Assembly: GCA_037444185.1 (NCBI GenBank)
Contig: JBBIMW010000002.1
Location: 73,433 to 105,432, forward strand
Reading direction: 5' to 3'
From: Peptococcaceae bacterium
GTDB taxonomy: Bacteria; Bacillota; Desulfotomaculia; Desulfotomaculales; Desulfocucumaceae
Length of the DNA stretch: 32,000 nucleotides
The notes below the pieces were generated by a model. The model saw only the letters and a list, made by a program, of their open reading frames with translations, searched no databases and had not been told where the DNA came from. Position 1 is the stretch's first letter. Every line of letters begins with the position of its first letter. Positions 17,404-25,407 of this stretch are shown here, in pieces. The position numbers and the translations under genes were made by a program.

Positions 17404-19584
17404 CTAAACCAGTGGGTCCATGGTCAGGGCTGGATGTCCCATGTCCTTTAAAAAGGGCAGTATTTCTTCGCAGGTGACGCCGGTTTTTTCGTCGGCAATC
17501 TGATCTACGAAGCCTTTGCCAAGCCCCCATAACTCTTCCGCAGCCACCTCCAGCAAGGGCCGGAGCTGTTCTTTCAGATCCCGGGGCATCCAGATCAGAC
17601 GTCCCAGGCCTCCGTCAGCCGGGACAAATTTCCGGGAGGCCAGATATGATCTGGCGATACCCATAAAGCCGGGAACCTGCGCCCCGTTGCCAATCATGCC
17701 GGCAATGGCTGAAAAGGTCATGCCGGTGGGATTCATTCCCTGGTACTCACGGTGGACTGCGATGAAGCCGTTGCATTCCGGCACCACGGCCAGTATGCAG
17801 TCCAAACAGCTGGAGGAGGCCATCGGGTGTTCCATCAGGGTGTAAAGATTAACCTTGTCCATGGAGTGCTGTGAATTATTATATACAAACTCGTTGACGG
17901 CCTCCCACTGTCCCTTGATTTCATCTATTGTTCCTTCCTTCGGCACCGGCTGGTTTACGCCGCCGGGGTTGATTTCGCAGGCCGCCCTGGCATCCAGCCA
18001 GCTGACCGCGCCGCACTGGCCCGCGCGTTCAGGAGTTATGACGCACACATGGGCGGGGGCAACCGACTGGCAAAGTGTGCAGGAGTAGAATGTATCGACA
18101 ATTTCGTCCCTGAGGGCCTTTAAATGATCGTCCCGCTTTTTATAGAAACTGCGCGCCAGCTCCCGCATGTCCAAAACCTTTTGTTCATCGGTATATATGG
18201 TTACCTGGACGCGGTCGACTATTGCGGCAAATTCCGCCTTCAGCCTGGCATACAGTATGTTTCCGATGTGCCTCATACGGAAGCCCAGGGCGAAGGCATC
18301 CTTGCTGATCCTCATCCAAAGGGCGTCCCGGTGTCCGGTATGCCATAGTCCTTCACCGTGATTTATATAATAGTGGATACGCCGCTCCAGCACGGACTCA
18401 AAATCTTCCCTCATCCTGCGGCCGTATACATCCACCACTATGCCCAGTGGCATTGCGCCGCCCGGTTCCGCAGTGTCGGCATCGGGCCCGGCCACCGTGA
18501 CCTTCCCGTCCTCCACCTCTTCCGCCTTTGCCATCCGTACCAGTTCGAAGCCGGTGGTGCGTCCTCCGCCGAACTCAACCGCCAGATCGCTCTTCCTTAT
18601 GCTCTCGCCCTCGTAGGCCGGGTCAATCTCTATGGGCGCATCGATCCTGATGTTGGTTATTTTAATCTCCCGCAGCTCCATGCCCAGCTGAATCGCTTTG
18701 TCCAGTCCGGAGCAGGAGACAAACCAGTCTTCAATCCGCCTGTCGCTGGAAAGGGGTTGATCGGTTATGACCGGTATCCCCATACTGAGGGCCCCCATGC
18801 AAAGGGCCGTCTTGAAAGGGTCGTGCTTCCCCAGATAAAGTATAAATGACCGGATCCTCCGGCGCTGAAAATCCAGTTGGCCGTTCCTTTGCCCGGCTTC
18901 AACGCCTCCGATGATCGTCCCCGCCCGCAGAATGAAACTTGGGAATTGTATAGCCCGGCTAAAATCACCCAGGGGGTAGATCATGGAGTCTACGCCCGGA
19001 ATCAGCCCCGGGTCCGGCAATTGATCAATGACTCCGCCACACAGAAAAATCATAAATCCCATCCCGGCAAGCTTATCAATGGCGGCGGCCAGCTCCTTGG
19101 CGTCCCCGGCGCTACCCATAATCAGCACTTCGCCCGGGATGGTCCAGTCCGCCATTTTGATTCCGTACCGGCGTATCACGGAATCTCCCAGGAAACCTTC
19201 CGGGGCGGGAGTGTGCGGCAGACGGCGGACCGCGTCGATGATTTCGGCTGCGTACCATGCGGCCTCTCCGGCAAAAAGATAACCGTCAAGACACCGGGGA
19301 TCCTCCGCAAGTACGCTTTGCAAACGGGTCAAAACCGGTGCGCACTGTCCCAGGGTTTCTATTTTTTCGCCGCTCAAACTGTAGATTACAGGCAGATAAT
19401 AGGCGGTATCCGGATAGCCCACGGGCCGGTCCGCTCCATATTCGCCAATGGCCCGGTTTAAAAGGTGCACCGCCTGACCGACGGCGTCAATGGCGCCTGA
19501 ATAGGCGTCCTTTAATAGACCCTCCGGTTCCTGGCCCGGGATCATTGCCCCTTTTAAAAAGTCAAAATTCACATGCCCGGACAT
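17404..19584 (-). CDS. acsB: Full-length bacterial-type acetyl-CoA synthase (AcsB) homolog with a non-canonical A-cluster nickel motif
   Basis: 726 aa. It has the N-terminal CODH-docking domain (PVGYPDTAYYLPVIY). The [4Fe-4S] ligand set is present (SCTLCQSVAPAHVCVITPERAGQCG). The Cys-Gly-Cys site, however, reads HPMASSSCLDC (17797-17817), whereas the paralog has HTACGCFQ. ATG 19584 is preceded by AAGGGGGAG. Confidence 0.85.
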   Translation of the reverse strand: MSGHVNFDFLKGAMIPGQEPEGLLKDAYSGAIDAVGQAVHLLNRAIGEYGADRPVGYPDTAYYLPVIYSLSGEKIETLGQCAPVLTRLQSVLAEDPRCLDGYLFAGEAAWYAAEIIDAVRRLPHTPAPEGFLGDSVIRRYGIKMADWTIPGEVLIMGSAGDAKELAAAIDKLAGMGFMIFLCGGVIDQLPDPGLIPGVDSMIYPLGDFSRAIQFPSFILRAGTIIGGVEAGQRNGQLDFQRRRIRSFILYLGKHDPFKTALCMGALSMGIPVITDQPLSSDRRIEDWFVSCSGLDKAIQLGMELREIKITNIRIDAPIEIDPAYEGESIRKSDLAVEFGGGRTTGFELVRMAKAEEVEDGKVTVAGPDADTAEPGGAMPLGIVVDVYGRRMREDFESVLERRIHYYINHGEGLWHTGHRDALWMRISKDAFALGFRMRHIGNILYARLKAEFAAIVDRVQVTIYTDEQKVLDMRELARSFYKKRDDHLKALRDEIVDTFYSCTLCQSVAPAHVCVITPERAGQCGAVSWLDARAACEINPGGVNQPVPKEGTIDEIKGQWEAVNEFVYNNSQHSMDKVNLYTLMEHPMASSSCLDCILAVVPECNGFIAVHREYQGMNPTGMTFSAIAGMIGNGAQVPGFMGIARSYLASRKFVPADGGLGRLIWMPRDLKEQLRPLLEVAAEELWGLGKGFVDQIADEKTGVTCEEILPFLKDMGHPALTMDPLV

Positions 19585-19626
19585 ATCAACTCCCCCTTAT
19601 TTAAACCGGCCGGATTGCGGGCAAAC

Positions 19627-19670
19627 AAAAAAAAAGCCCTGGCCCTAAGTCCAGGTGAACCCATAGGGCC
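19627..19670 (-). terminator. Probable intrinsic terminator between the two acs/cdh sets
   Basis: Minus-strand GGCCCUA...UAGGGCC (19664-19670 with 19641-19647), with alternative inner CCUGG/CCAGG pairing, followed by GC-rich bases and U9 (19627-19635). It lies 66-109 nt after the acsD-like stop. Confidence 0.55.
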
Positions 19671-19735
19671 GAACGACAGCTAAACGGCAAAGCACACCAA
19701 GTGCCGGCCGGAAGGTATATTCATCTTTCACCGGC

Positions 19736-20659
19736 TCACACTTCAATTTGGCCTGTGGAAAACTGTCCGAGCAGTTTCTTGACCAGTTTCATACTGTCCG
19801 GTGATCCCACGACAGCCAGATTGGCTCCGGCCAAAAACATGGTCATGGCCGTTATGGCTTCCCAGAGTATGCCCTGCTGGTCATTTTCCTTGGCTTCCCT
19901 GGCTCTCCAGCATTCCCTGCCCAGGTTGGCGATGATGGGCATTTTCATCATGTCGTCTCCAAAGAGCACCGCCACCTGCTTAATGCGCTCCATTACCGAA
20001 AAGCTGTAGTCCATGCCATAACCCAGGGCCGACGACAGGGGGTCGATAACAATCCTTTCTTTGGGGAAAAACTTGGACAGTTTGATGTTCAGTTCTTTGG
20101 CCAGGTTTATGTCTATGGGGGTCTGGGCGATTAGCGCATGACCGTATTCCTGGGCCGCTTCCGCAATCTCCTTGTGGTTTTCTTTTAAAACAGGCCCCAA
20201 TAACAGCCCGTCACCGGCGCAAGCCCGGGCGACTTCTCTCAACACCAGGGTGTCTACGTCCTTCTCTCCGGTGCCGTATACAATCATGGGCGCCGGCAGG
20301 GCATCGCCGATTTCCTTGACCTTGGCCGCCAGCGCCGGCGCATCGGGCTCCCCTTCGGCGGCGGAGGCCAGATAAAGGCAAATCAAATCCGCCTTGTACA
20401 CTTCCAGGCATTTTTTAGCCCAGAGGACCGGAGAATTTACAACATCGCCAAAATGGGAGCGCAGGTGATCCGGCCAGGTTTCCGGCGGCGTGGTGTCCCA
20501 TACCTCCAGAGCCATCACCGGCAGCCGGGGCAGATTGCCCTCGAAGTTATGAAAAGGCAGCACTGCTTCCCCGCCAATGGTGGCCGACTTGCCCTCTTTT
20601 CCAATGGTAACTTCTTTAATGGCTCCTTTTGAAGCTTCCAGAAAATCTTTCAGTGGCAT
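19736..20659 (-). CDS. acsD: Corrinoid/Fe-S protein small subunit, second paralog (AcsD/CdhD family)
   Basis: 307 aa, collinear with 14082..15023 (GGEAVLPFHNFEG, ALEVWD, DPLSSALGYG). Confidence 0.85.
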   Translation of the reverse strand: MPLKDFLEASKGAIKEVTIGKEGKSATIGGEAVLPFHNFEGNLPRLPVMALEVWDTTPPETWPDHLRSHFGDVVNSPVLWAKKCLEVYKADLICLYLASAAEGEPDAPALAAKVKEIGDALPAPMIVYGTGEKDVDTLVLREVARACAGDGLLLGPVLKENHKEIAEAAQEYGHALIAQTPIDINLAKELNIKLSKFFPKERIVIDPLSSALGYGMDYSFSVMERIKQVAVLFGDDMMKMPIIANLGRECWRAREAKENDQQGILWEAITAMTMFLAGANLAVVGSPDSMKLVKKLLGQFSTGQIEV

Positions 20660-20678
20660 CTTTGCTCCTCCCTTAAAC

Positions 20679-21551
20679 CTAAATCTCCAGCCAAGAATGG
20701 GAATATAACACCCTTCCCATTAAAACATTGACCGTTTTTACCAGGGCGGCCTCGTGGGGGGGCAAATCCGCCGGATTGATTTCCTCGTCCATGGCCCGGT
20801 AGATTAAATCCACATCCGCCTGTTTTTCTCCCCGCATCAGTGCCACCATCTCGCTGTCGAAGCTGTCCACAATGGCCGAATACAAGCCGTGCCTTTGCAG
20901 TATCACCAGTTCTATACGGTTCAATATGCCTCTCAAATGGTGGGGCGCCCCGTTGGACATATTGGACAGCCCCAGGGTTGACTTGGCTCCCGGGGCAATA
21001 TCCGGCAGCATGTCCATGAACTCCATCAGCTCAACCACCTGGGGCTGATCCACCCCTATGGGCATCATAATGGGATCCACCCAGATGTTTTCGTTGTCAA
21101 TTCCAATCTCATTGGCGTAGGCAATGGTCTCCATAATGGCCTCGGCCCTTGATGCCGCATCGGAAGGGATGCCCTTGTCGGTCAATACAGATATTATGAC
21201 ATCACAGTTGTACTTTGCGGCCAGGGGAAGCATATCCCTTTTACTGTCTTCCCGGCCGGAGGCGGAATTAATTAGGGGCCTTTTTTTGCAGACCGCAAGA
21301 CCCGCTTCCATCGCCACGGGGTTCAAGGTATCCAGTGACAGCGGCGAATCCACAACTTCCTGCACAGTTTCCACCAGCCAGCGCATAACGTCAGGATCCT
21401 TTCTTGCCGGCCCGACATTTAAATCAATATAGTCCGCTCCCGCCTCGGCCTGTTTTTTGGCCAAGTCCTGCAGGGGAAGGGGATTGCGCTGCTTAATGGC
21501 CTCGGACACCTCATTGGACAGAATATGAATATTCTCTCCAATTAAAATCAT
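20679..21551 (-). CDS. Divergent pterin-binding methyltransferase (AcsE/MtrH-like), second paralog
   Basis: Contains MILIGENIH, DLNVG, SLDT and GLSNMSNG motifs. The ATG at 21551 has GAGGGGG 8 nt upstream, and the track start at 21587 adds 12 residues without a ribosome-binding site. Confidence 0.8.
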   Translation of the reverse strand: MILIGENIHILSNEVSEAIKQRNPLPLQDLAKKQAEAGADYIDLNVGPARKDPDVMRWLVETVQEVVDSPLSLDTLNPVAMEAGLAVCKKRPLINSASGREDSKRDMLPLAAKYNCDVIISVLTDKGIPSDAASRAEAIMETIAYANEIGIDNENIWVDPIMMPIGVDQPQVVELMEFMDMLPDIAPGAKSTLGLSNMSNGAPHHLRGILNRIELVILQRHGLYSAIVDSFDSEMVALMRGEKQADVDLIYRAMDEEINPADLPPHEAALVKTVNVLMGRVLYSHSWLEI

Positions 21552-21643
21552 ATTACTAACCCCCTCTGTATTTATAGCATCTTCCATTTAACGGCCGCGG
21601 CCGGTGTCCGCCATTTGCGGCGCCGCGCCACGGTATCCCCGGT

Positions 21644-21688
21644 GTATCCGGCACCCATCCGCCCTATGGCCCGATGGGTGCCGGATAC
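21644..21688 (-). repeat. Perfect 16-bp inverted repeat (hairpin) in the acsC-like / methyltransferase intergenic region
   Basis: GTATCCGGCACCCATC (21644-21659) pairs with GATGGGTGCCGGATAC (21673-21688) around a 13-nt loop. No U-tract follows. A 12-bp perfect palindrome CGGCCGCGGCCG lies nearby. Confidence 0.6.
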
Positions 21689-21716
21689 GTTGTTCATTTA
21701 ACCCGTCCCGGGGCGC

Positions 21717-23090
21717 TTATGCCGTCTCGGCCTTCCATTTGCTGGTCAGCTTGGTCATAAAGGCGGGCACCTCTTCTGCGTACTTGGGACCAACTATAAT
21801 CTCCCAGCCGGGCAGCTCATCCTCTATTTCGCCCTTGAGCCTGGCCGCCAGACCTGGAATGATCAGCCTCTTTTTCTTCAGCGTGTTTTCCAGACCGCTT
21901 TTCTTGATGAAGGGGCCGATGGTTTCACCGACGAATTTGCCCGTTGACCAGGCCGCCAGAATACACAGTCCGTCTGCCCCCTTTACGCCGACGTAGCCGG
22001 GAACTTTGCTGGACTCCACGCCGTTGGCCACCGCGAAATAGGTCAGGGCGAAGTTGGTGGTAAGGAACACCGGGGACTCTTCCGTCGGCCCGCCGATTTC
22101 ATAAACCTTCTCCTCCACAGCCAGCGGCACCCGCGGATCTGTGTAGATGTTGAGCCGGTGCACCAGAAGGGGGAACAGCGTCTCTTTGTGCAGGTCATTG
22201 AGCACTATAATGGACGCATATTTGACTACCAGGGCGGAAGCCGTCAGCGCCTCCTCCATGGCGTCCTCCGCCTGGAGGGGCAGCAGGGAAATAATCGGAT
22301 ATCCCAGGGGCCTGTAGCTGTGGGTGAGGGCAGCCCGCCTGGCCAAAGTGTAATCCCTAATCGCCTCTTGCATATCCCGGGGTGATGAGTCTATAACAAC
22401 CTCTGTAATGCCGGCGGCTTTCAGTTGGGCGGTCAGCAGTCCGACTTCTTCCAGACCCCGGCCCCTCACCGCCACAGGCACCGCCTTTTCCTTCAGAGCC
22501 GGCAGTGCATCCCCTATATTATCCTTGGTTATGGGATACAGCAGCGGCTTCTGATCGGCGGCCAGATCCCTGGCGGCCATAAGCACCTCCAGGTTTTCAC
22601 TCATCAGTATCATGGGAAGATTTTCCCGGGCCGCCCTGGATACCAGGGACAGGTATCTGTCTCTGTCGCCGCCCTCGAATTTGACGGCAATCATGTCCGC
22701 CCTGAGTTTGATGGCAACCCATTCAAACTGTAATTCTTTTATTTTTTTCAATTTTGCTTCCACAGTCTGGTCGTCGTCTTTGTCGGTTATCAGCACGGCA
22801 AAACCGGGGGGGCGGAAAAATGTCTTTTCATGACGATAGATTACTTCCTCCTCCCCTATGACCAAAGCCCCTTCACCTGTGCCGACGGTCACCAGCCTTA
22901 TGGGCGGCGTAATGGCGTCTATAACCCACTCTTTCACTTCCGGCTCAATTTCCGGACATTTATCCGGGGACACCCCACCGGCCAGCAGTTTCATGGCAAA
23001 GGCCAGACAAGTGGGTAAACCGCACTTTTTACAGTTTTTCTTGCCTCCCCCGGGTAGTTTTTTCTGTATATCGGATGCTTTTACAGGCAT
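21717..23090 (-). CDS. acsC: Corrinoid/Fe-S protein large subunit, second paralog (AcsC/CdhE family)
   Basis: 457 aa with N-terminal NCKKCGLPTCLAFAMKLLAGGVSPDKCP. Collinear with 15960..17303. Confidence 0.9.
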   Translation of the reverse strand: MPVKASDIQKKLPGGGKKNCKKCGLPTCLAFAMKLLAGGVSPDKCPEIEPEVKEWVIDAITPPIRLVTVGTGEGALVIGEEEVIYRHEKTFFRPPGFAVLITDKDDDQTVEAKLKKIKELQFEWVAIKLRADMIAVKFEGGDRDRYLSLVSRAARENLPMILMSENLEVLMAARDLAADQKPLLYPITKDNIGDALPALKEKAVPVAVRGRGLEEVGLLTAQLKAAGITEVVIDSSPRDMQEAIRDYTLARRAALTHSYRPLGYPIISLLPLQAEDAMEEALTASALVVKYASIIVLNDLHKETLFPLLVHRLNIYTDPRVPLAVEEKVYEIGGPTEESPVFLTTNFALTYFAVANGVESSKVPGYVGVKGADGLCILAAWSTGKFVGETIGPFIKKSGLENTLKKKRLIIPGLAARLKGEIEDELPGWEIIVGPKYAEEVPAFMTKLTSKWKAETA

Positions 23091-23107
23091 TATTAAACTC
23101 CTCCCGT

Positions 23108-24307
23108 TCAGCCCACCATAAGAGGATGCTCCACTTTCTGGAGAAACTCAACCAGTTCGTCTACATTCTTTACATCCTCTTCGGTGGCGATTTTGCCGTA
23201 CAAGTCCTCGGGAATGGCGTCCTTGACCTCTTCCTTGATGGCTTTGGGCAGCCATACCACCCTTTGCCAGCCTCCGTCGCTGATTATAAATTTTGGCGAC
23301 TTCAGGTAGGATACGGCCATCCCCAGAAAGCCCTCCTGCTGCCGGCCGCCGCTGGCTTCCCCGGCCATATTGGAAAAGCGGTTGCCCATTACGGTGTCCC
23401 CGACAAAGTCCCGGTGAACGATTCCGAAACCATCCACCTCGGGTATATAAAAACAGATGGACTGGAAGCATCCGCAGGCGGTATGAGGATTTTCCAGGGC
23501 GCTGTGCAGGTAGTATACCGAGTTCCGGCCCAGGGACCTTTGTGCCACCACATCGTTGACTCCGCTATAGACATGCTTTTCCGGATCCAGCATCTCGCCT
23601 TTCTCTACAGCGAATATGCCTCCCTCCGGATCGATCTTGTAGGCGGCCCTCCCGTCCAGCCAGCTGATGGCGCCGCACAATGACATCCTCTCAGGGGTGA
23701 TGATGCATACATGGGTGGGGGCAAAGCTCTGACAAAGGACGCAGCCGTAAAATTCCTCCACTTCTTCCTCGGTCATGCCTTTCAGCCTGTCATCCCTGCC
23801 TTGGTAAATGGGTCTGGCGTTCAGTACCTTTTCTTTCACCAGTTCCGGATCAGTTATAAATGTAACCTGCATCTTTTCAATGATGGGCAGTTCGTTGGAA
23901 AAAAGCATAATCAGTATTTGACCGACTTCATTCAGGGAGTTCAGGCCTTTTTGGACGGCTTCCTTGTGGATCCTGAGCCAGATATGATCCCTCTGGGCCA
24001 TATGCCAGAAACCTTCGATATAGTTGCTGTAAACGTGAATGCGGCGTTCGAAAACCGGCTCCATGTCCTTTTCCAGTTCCTCTCCGGACACCTCCACGCT
24101 GATGAATAGCGGGTAAGTCTTCCCCTGCTCCATATCCATAATGTCCGGGCCGATTATCTCCACCTTCTCGTGTTCCACTTCATCCGCCGGCTTGATGGTA
24201 ACCAGCTCGGCCTTGTACTCGCACTGGGGCCCGCCGAATTCCACATAATAATCGGCTTTCCTGATAGCTTCTCCTTCATACTGGGGCCCTACATCTACAG
24301 AAAACAT
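23108..24307 (-). CDS. cdhC: Short acetyl-CoA synthase catalytic subunit lacking the bacterial N-terminal domain (archaeal CdhC-like)
   Basis: 399 aa, starting at the position equivalent to about residue 310 of the 726-aa AcsB. It has a complete A-cluster ligand set (GCVLCQSFAPTHVCIITPERMSLCG and the canonical ACGCFQ). Confidence 0.85.
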   Translation of the reverse strand: MFSVDVGPQYEGEAIRKADYYVEFGGPQCEYKAELVTIKPADEVEHEKVEIIGPDIMDMEQGKTYPLFISVEVSGEELEKDMEPVFERRIHVYSNYIEGFWHMAQRDHIWLRIHKEAVQKGLNSLNEVGQILIMLFSNELPIIEKMQVTFITDPELVKEKVLNARPIYQGRDDRLKGMTEEEVEEFYGCVLCQSFAPTHVCIITPERMSLCGAISWLDGRAAYKIDPEGGIFAVEKGEMLDPEKHVYSGVNDVVAQRSLGRNSVYYLHSALENPHTACGCFQSICFYIPEVDGFGIVHRDFVGDTVMGNRFSNMAGEASGGRQQEGFLGMAVSYLKSPKFIISDGGWQRVVWLPKAIKEEVKDAIPEDLYGKIATEEDVKNVDELVEFLQKVEHPLMVG

Positions 24308-24642
24308 GTTTATTCTGGCTTCCGAAAACTGAACAAATCAGATTCATCCAGCATTCTTTCCCGCCGACCAACGGGAGGCAGTGTCACAGCCCTTGCCCGC
24401 GGGGCCGCCGCACCACCGCCTGACTGCCGCGCCCGCCAAAAACGGGGCGCTGTCTGCAGCCTGGCCGCTGTTTGCGGCAACGGGCCGTCTTTTAGTGTGC
24501 ATCTGCGCCGGCACTTTTACCTCCGCTGACAGTTGTCACCGTGCCACTGCCGGGAAACCAGGCCTGACACCTCCTGTTTTTTTATTTTTTATATCTGCCG
24601 TTGCTTACTCTGCTCACATTTTGTTCGATACGCGGCTTCTAT

Positions 24643-25335
24643 TCAGTTTTTTGCATTCAATGCCTCTTCCACCGCCTGTTTGGTCATCAGCCCCGCATGA
24701 CGCATCAGCGTGTCGCCGATTTCAGGATCCATGGTCATGGTGGCAGTGCATGGATGGGCGTGGCTCAGGAGCCCTGACTGCTCCACCGCATCCTTGACCG
24801 GCACCCCCACCAGGTTTTTGGCCACGTACCTGGTATTTCCGCAGGGCGCATCCCGCAGAACCTTCACCTCACTTATTTTGTCTTTTGTCACATATATTTC
24901 CACCTTCGGCCGACCGAAGTAGCGGGTGAACATCTGCACATGGGGGTTGGAGCTGTCATTTTCCGTTATCGAGCAAAAAACCAGCGGATGGAGCATTTCA
25001 ATCCCTTTGGCGGCCAGCTTCTTTTTAATTTGCCTGGCCAGTCCCGAAGGGAGATGGGCTTTATTGTCAATGGGCGCGATAACCGCCCTGGCCCCGGTCA
25101 TTTTAACCAGGTCCGGCGCCATTTCAGCCACCACCGGCTCCTCCTGCAGCATCAGCAGCAGGTCGGCGCCGGGCAACCCCGGAGGCAGCAAATCTTCCCA
25201 CGAGTCATCCACCCCCAGCGATATTTTTGGAGGAAAAGCATGGTGGTGGATCTCCCACTCCTGAGGGCCGTAGTTTTTCAGCGCTTCGACGTACCGGCGG
25301 CCGTAATCGCCCTGGATTACCAGAAGAATCTTCAG
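24643..25335 (-). CDS. Small conserved protein of unknown function, tandem copy 1 (DUF166/COG1810-like from memory); no canonical start codon at the homologous N-terminus
   Basis: Roughly 85% identical by eye to copy 2 over its whole length. The track ORF starts at an internal GTG (25212), but homology continues in frame about 40 codons upstream (LKILLVIQGDYGRRYVEALKNYGPQEWEIHHHAFPPKISLG) as far as a TGA at 25363-25365. The position matching the copy-2 TTG is CTG (25333-25335), 9 nt after GGGAGGGGG. Confidence 0.5.
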   Translation of the reverse strand: MKILLVIQGDYGRRYVEALKNYGPQEWEIHHHAFPPKISLGVDDSWEDLLPPGLPGADLLLMLQEEPVVAEMAPDLVKMTGARAVIAPIDNKAHLPSGLARQIKKKLAAKGIEMLHPLVFCSITENDSSNPHVQMFTRYFGRPKVEIYVTKDKISEVKVLRDAPCGNTRYVAKNLVGVPVKDAVEQSGLLSHAHPCTATMTMDPEIGDTLMRHAGLMTKQAVEEALNAKN

Positions 25336-25407
25336 CCGTCTCAGCCCCCTCCCGTCCGCCGGTCATGTCGGCGGCCCGATAACAGATTTTTTACCAAGGC
25401 CCCCTAT

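Noticed and set aside
24344-24514. A 56-codon ORF (MPAQMHTKRRPVAANSGQ...) with GGAGG-N5-GTG in the 335-bp spacer upstream of cdhC.
   Set aside because: Its Ala/Gly/Arg-rich composition looks like a random frame in GC-rich DNA and no motif is recognisable. I kept it only as a caveat to the structured-RNA idea.
24643-25212. The track's 189-aa version of the duplicated gene copy 1, starting at GTG 25212.
   Set aside because: In-frame homology to copy 2 continues about 40 codons upstream, so the GTG is probably an internal Val codon. The N-terminally extended model is reported instead, with the start-codon problem flagged.
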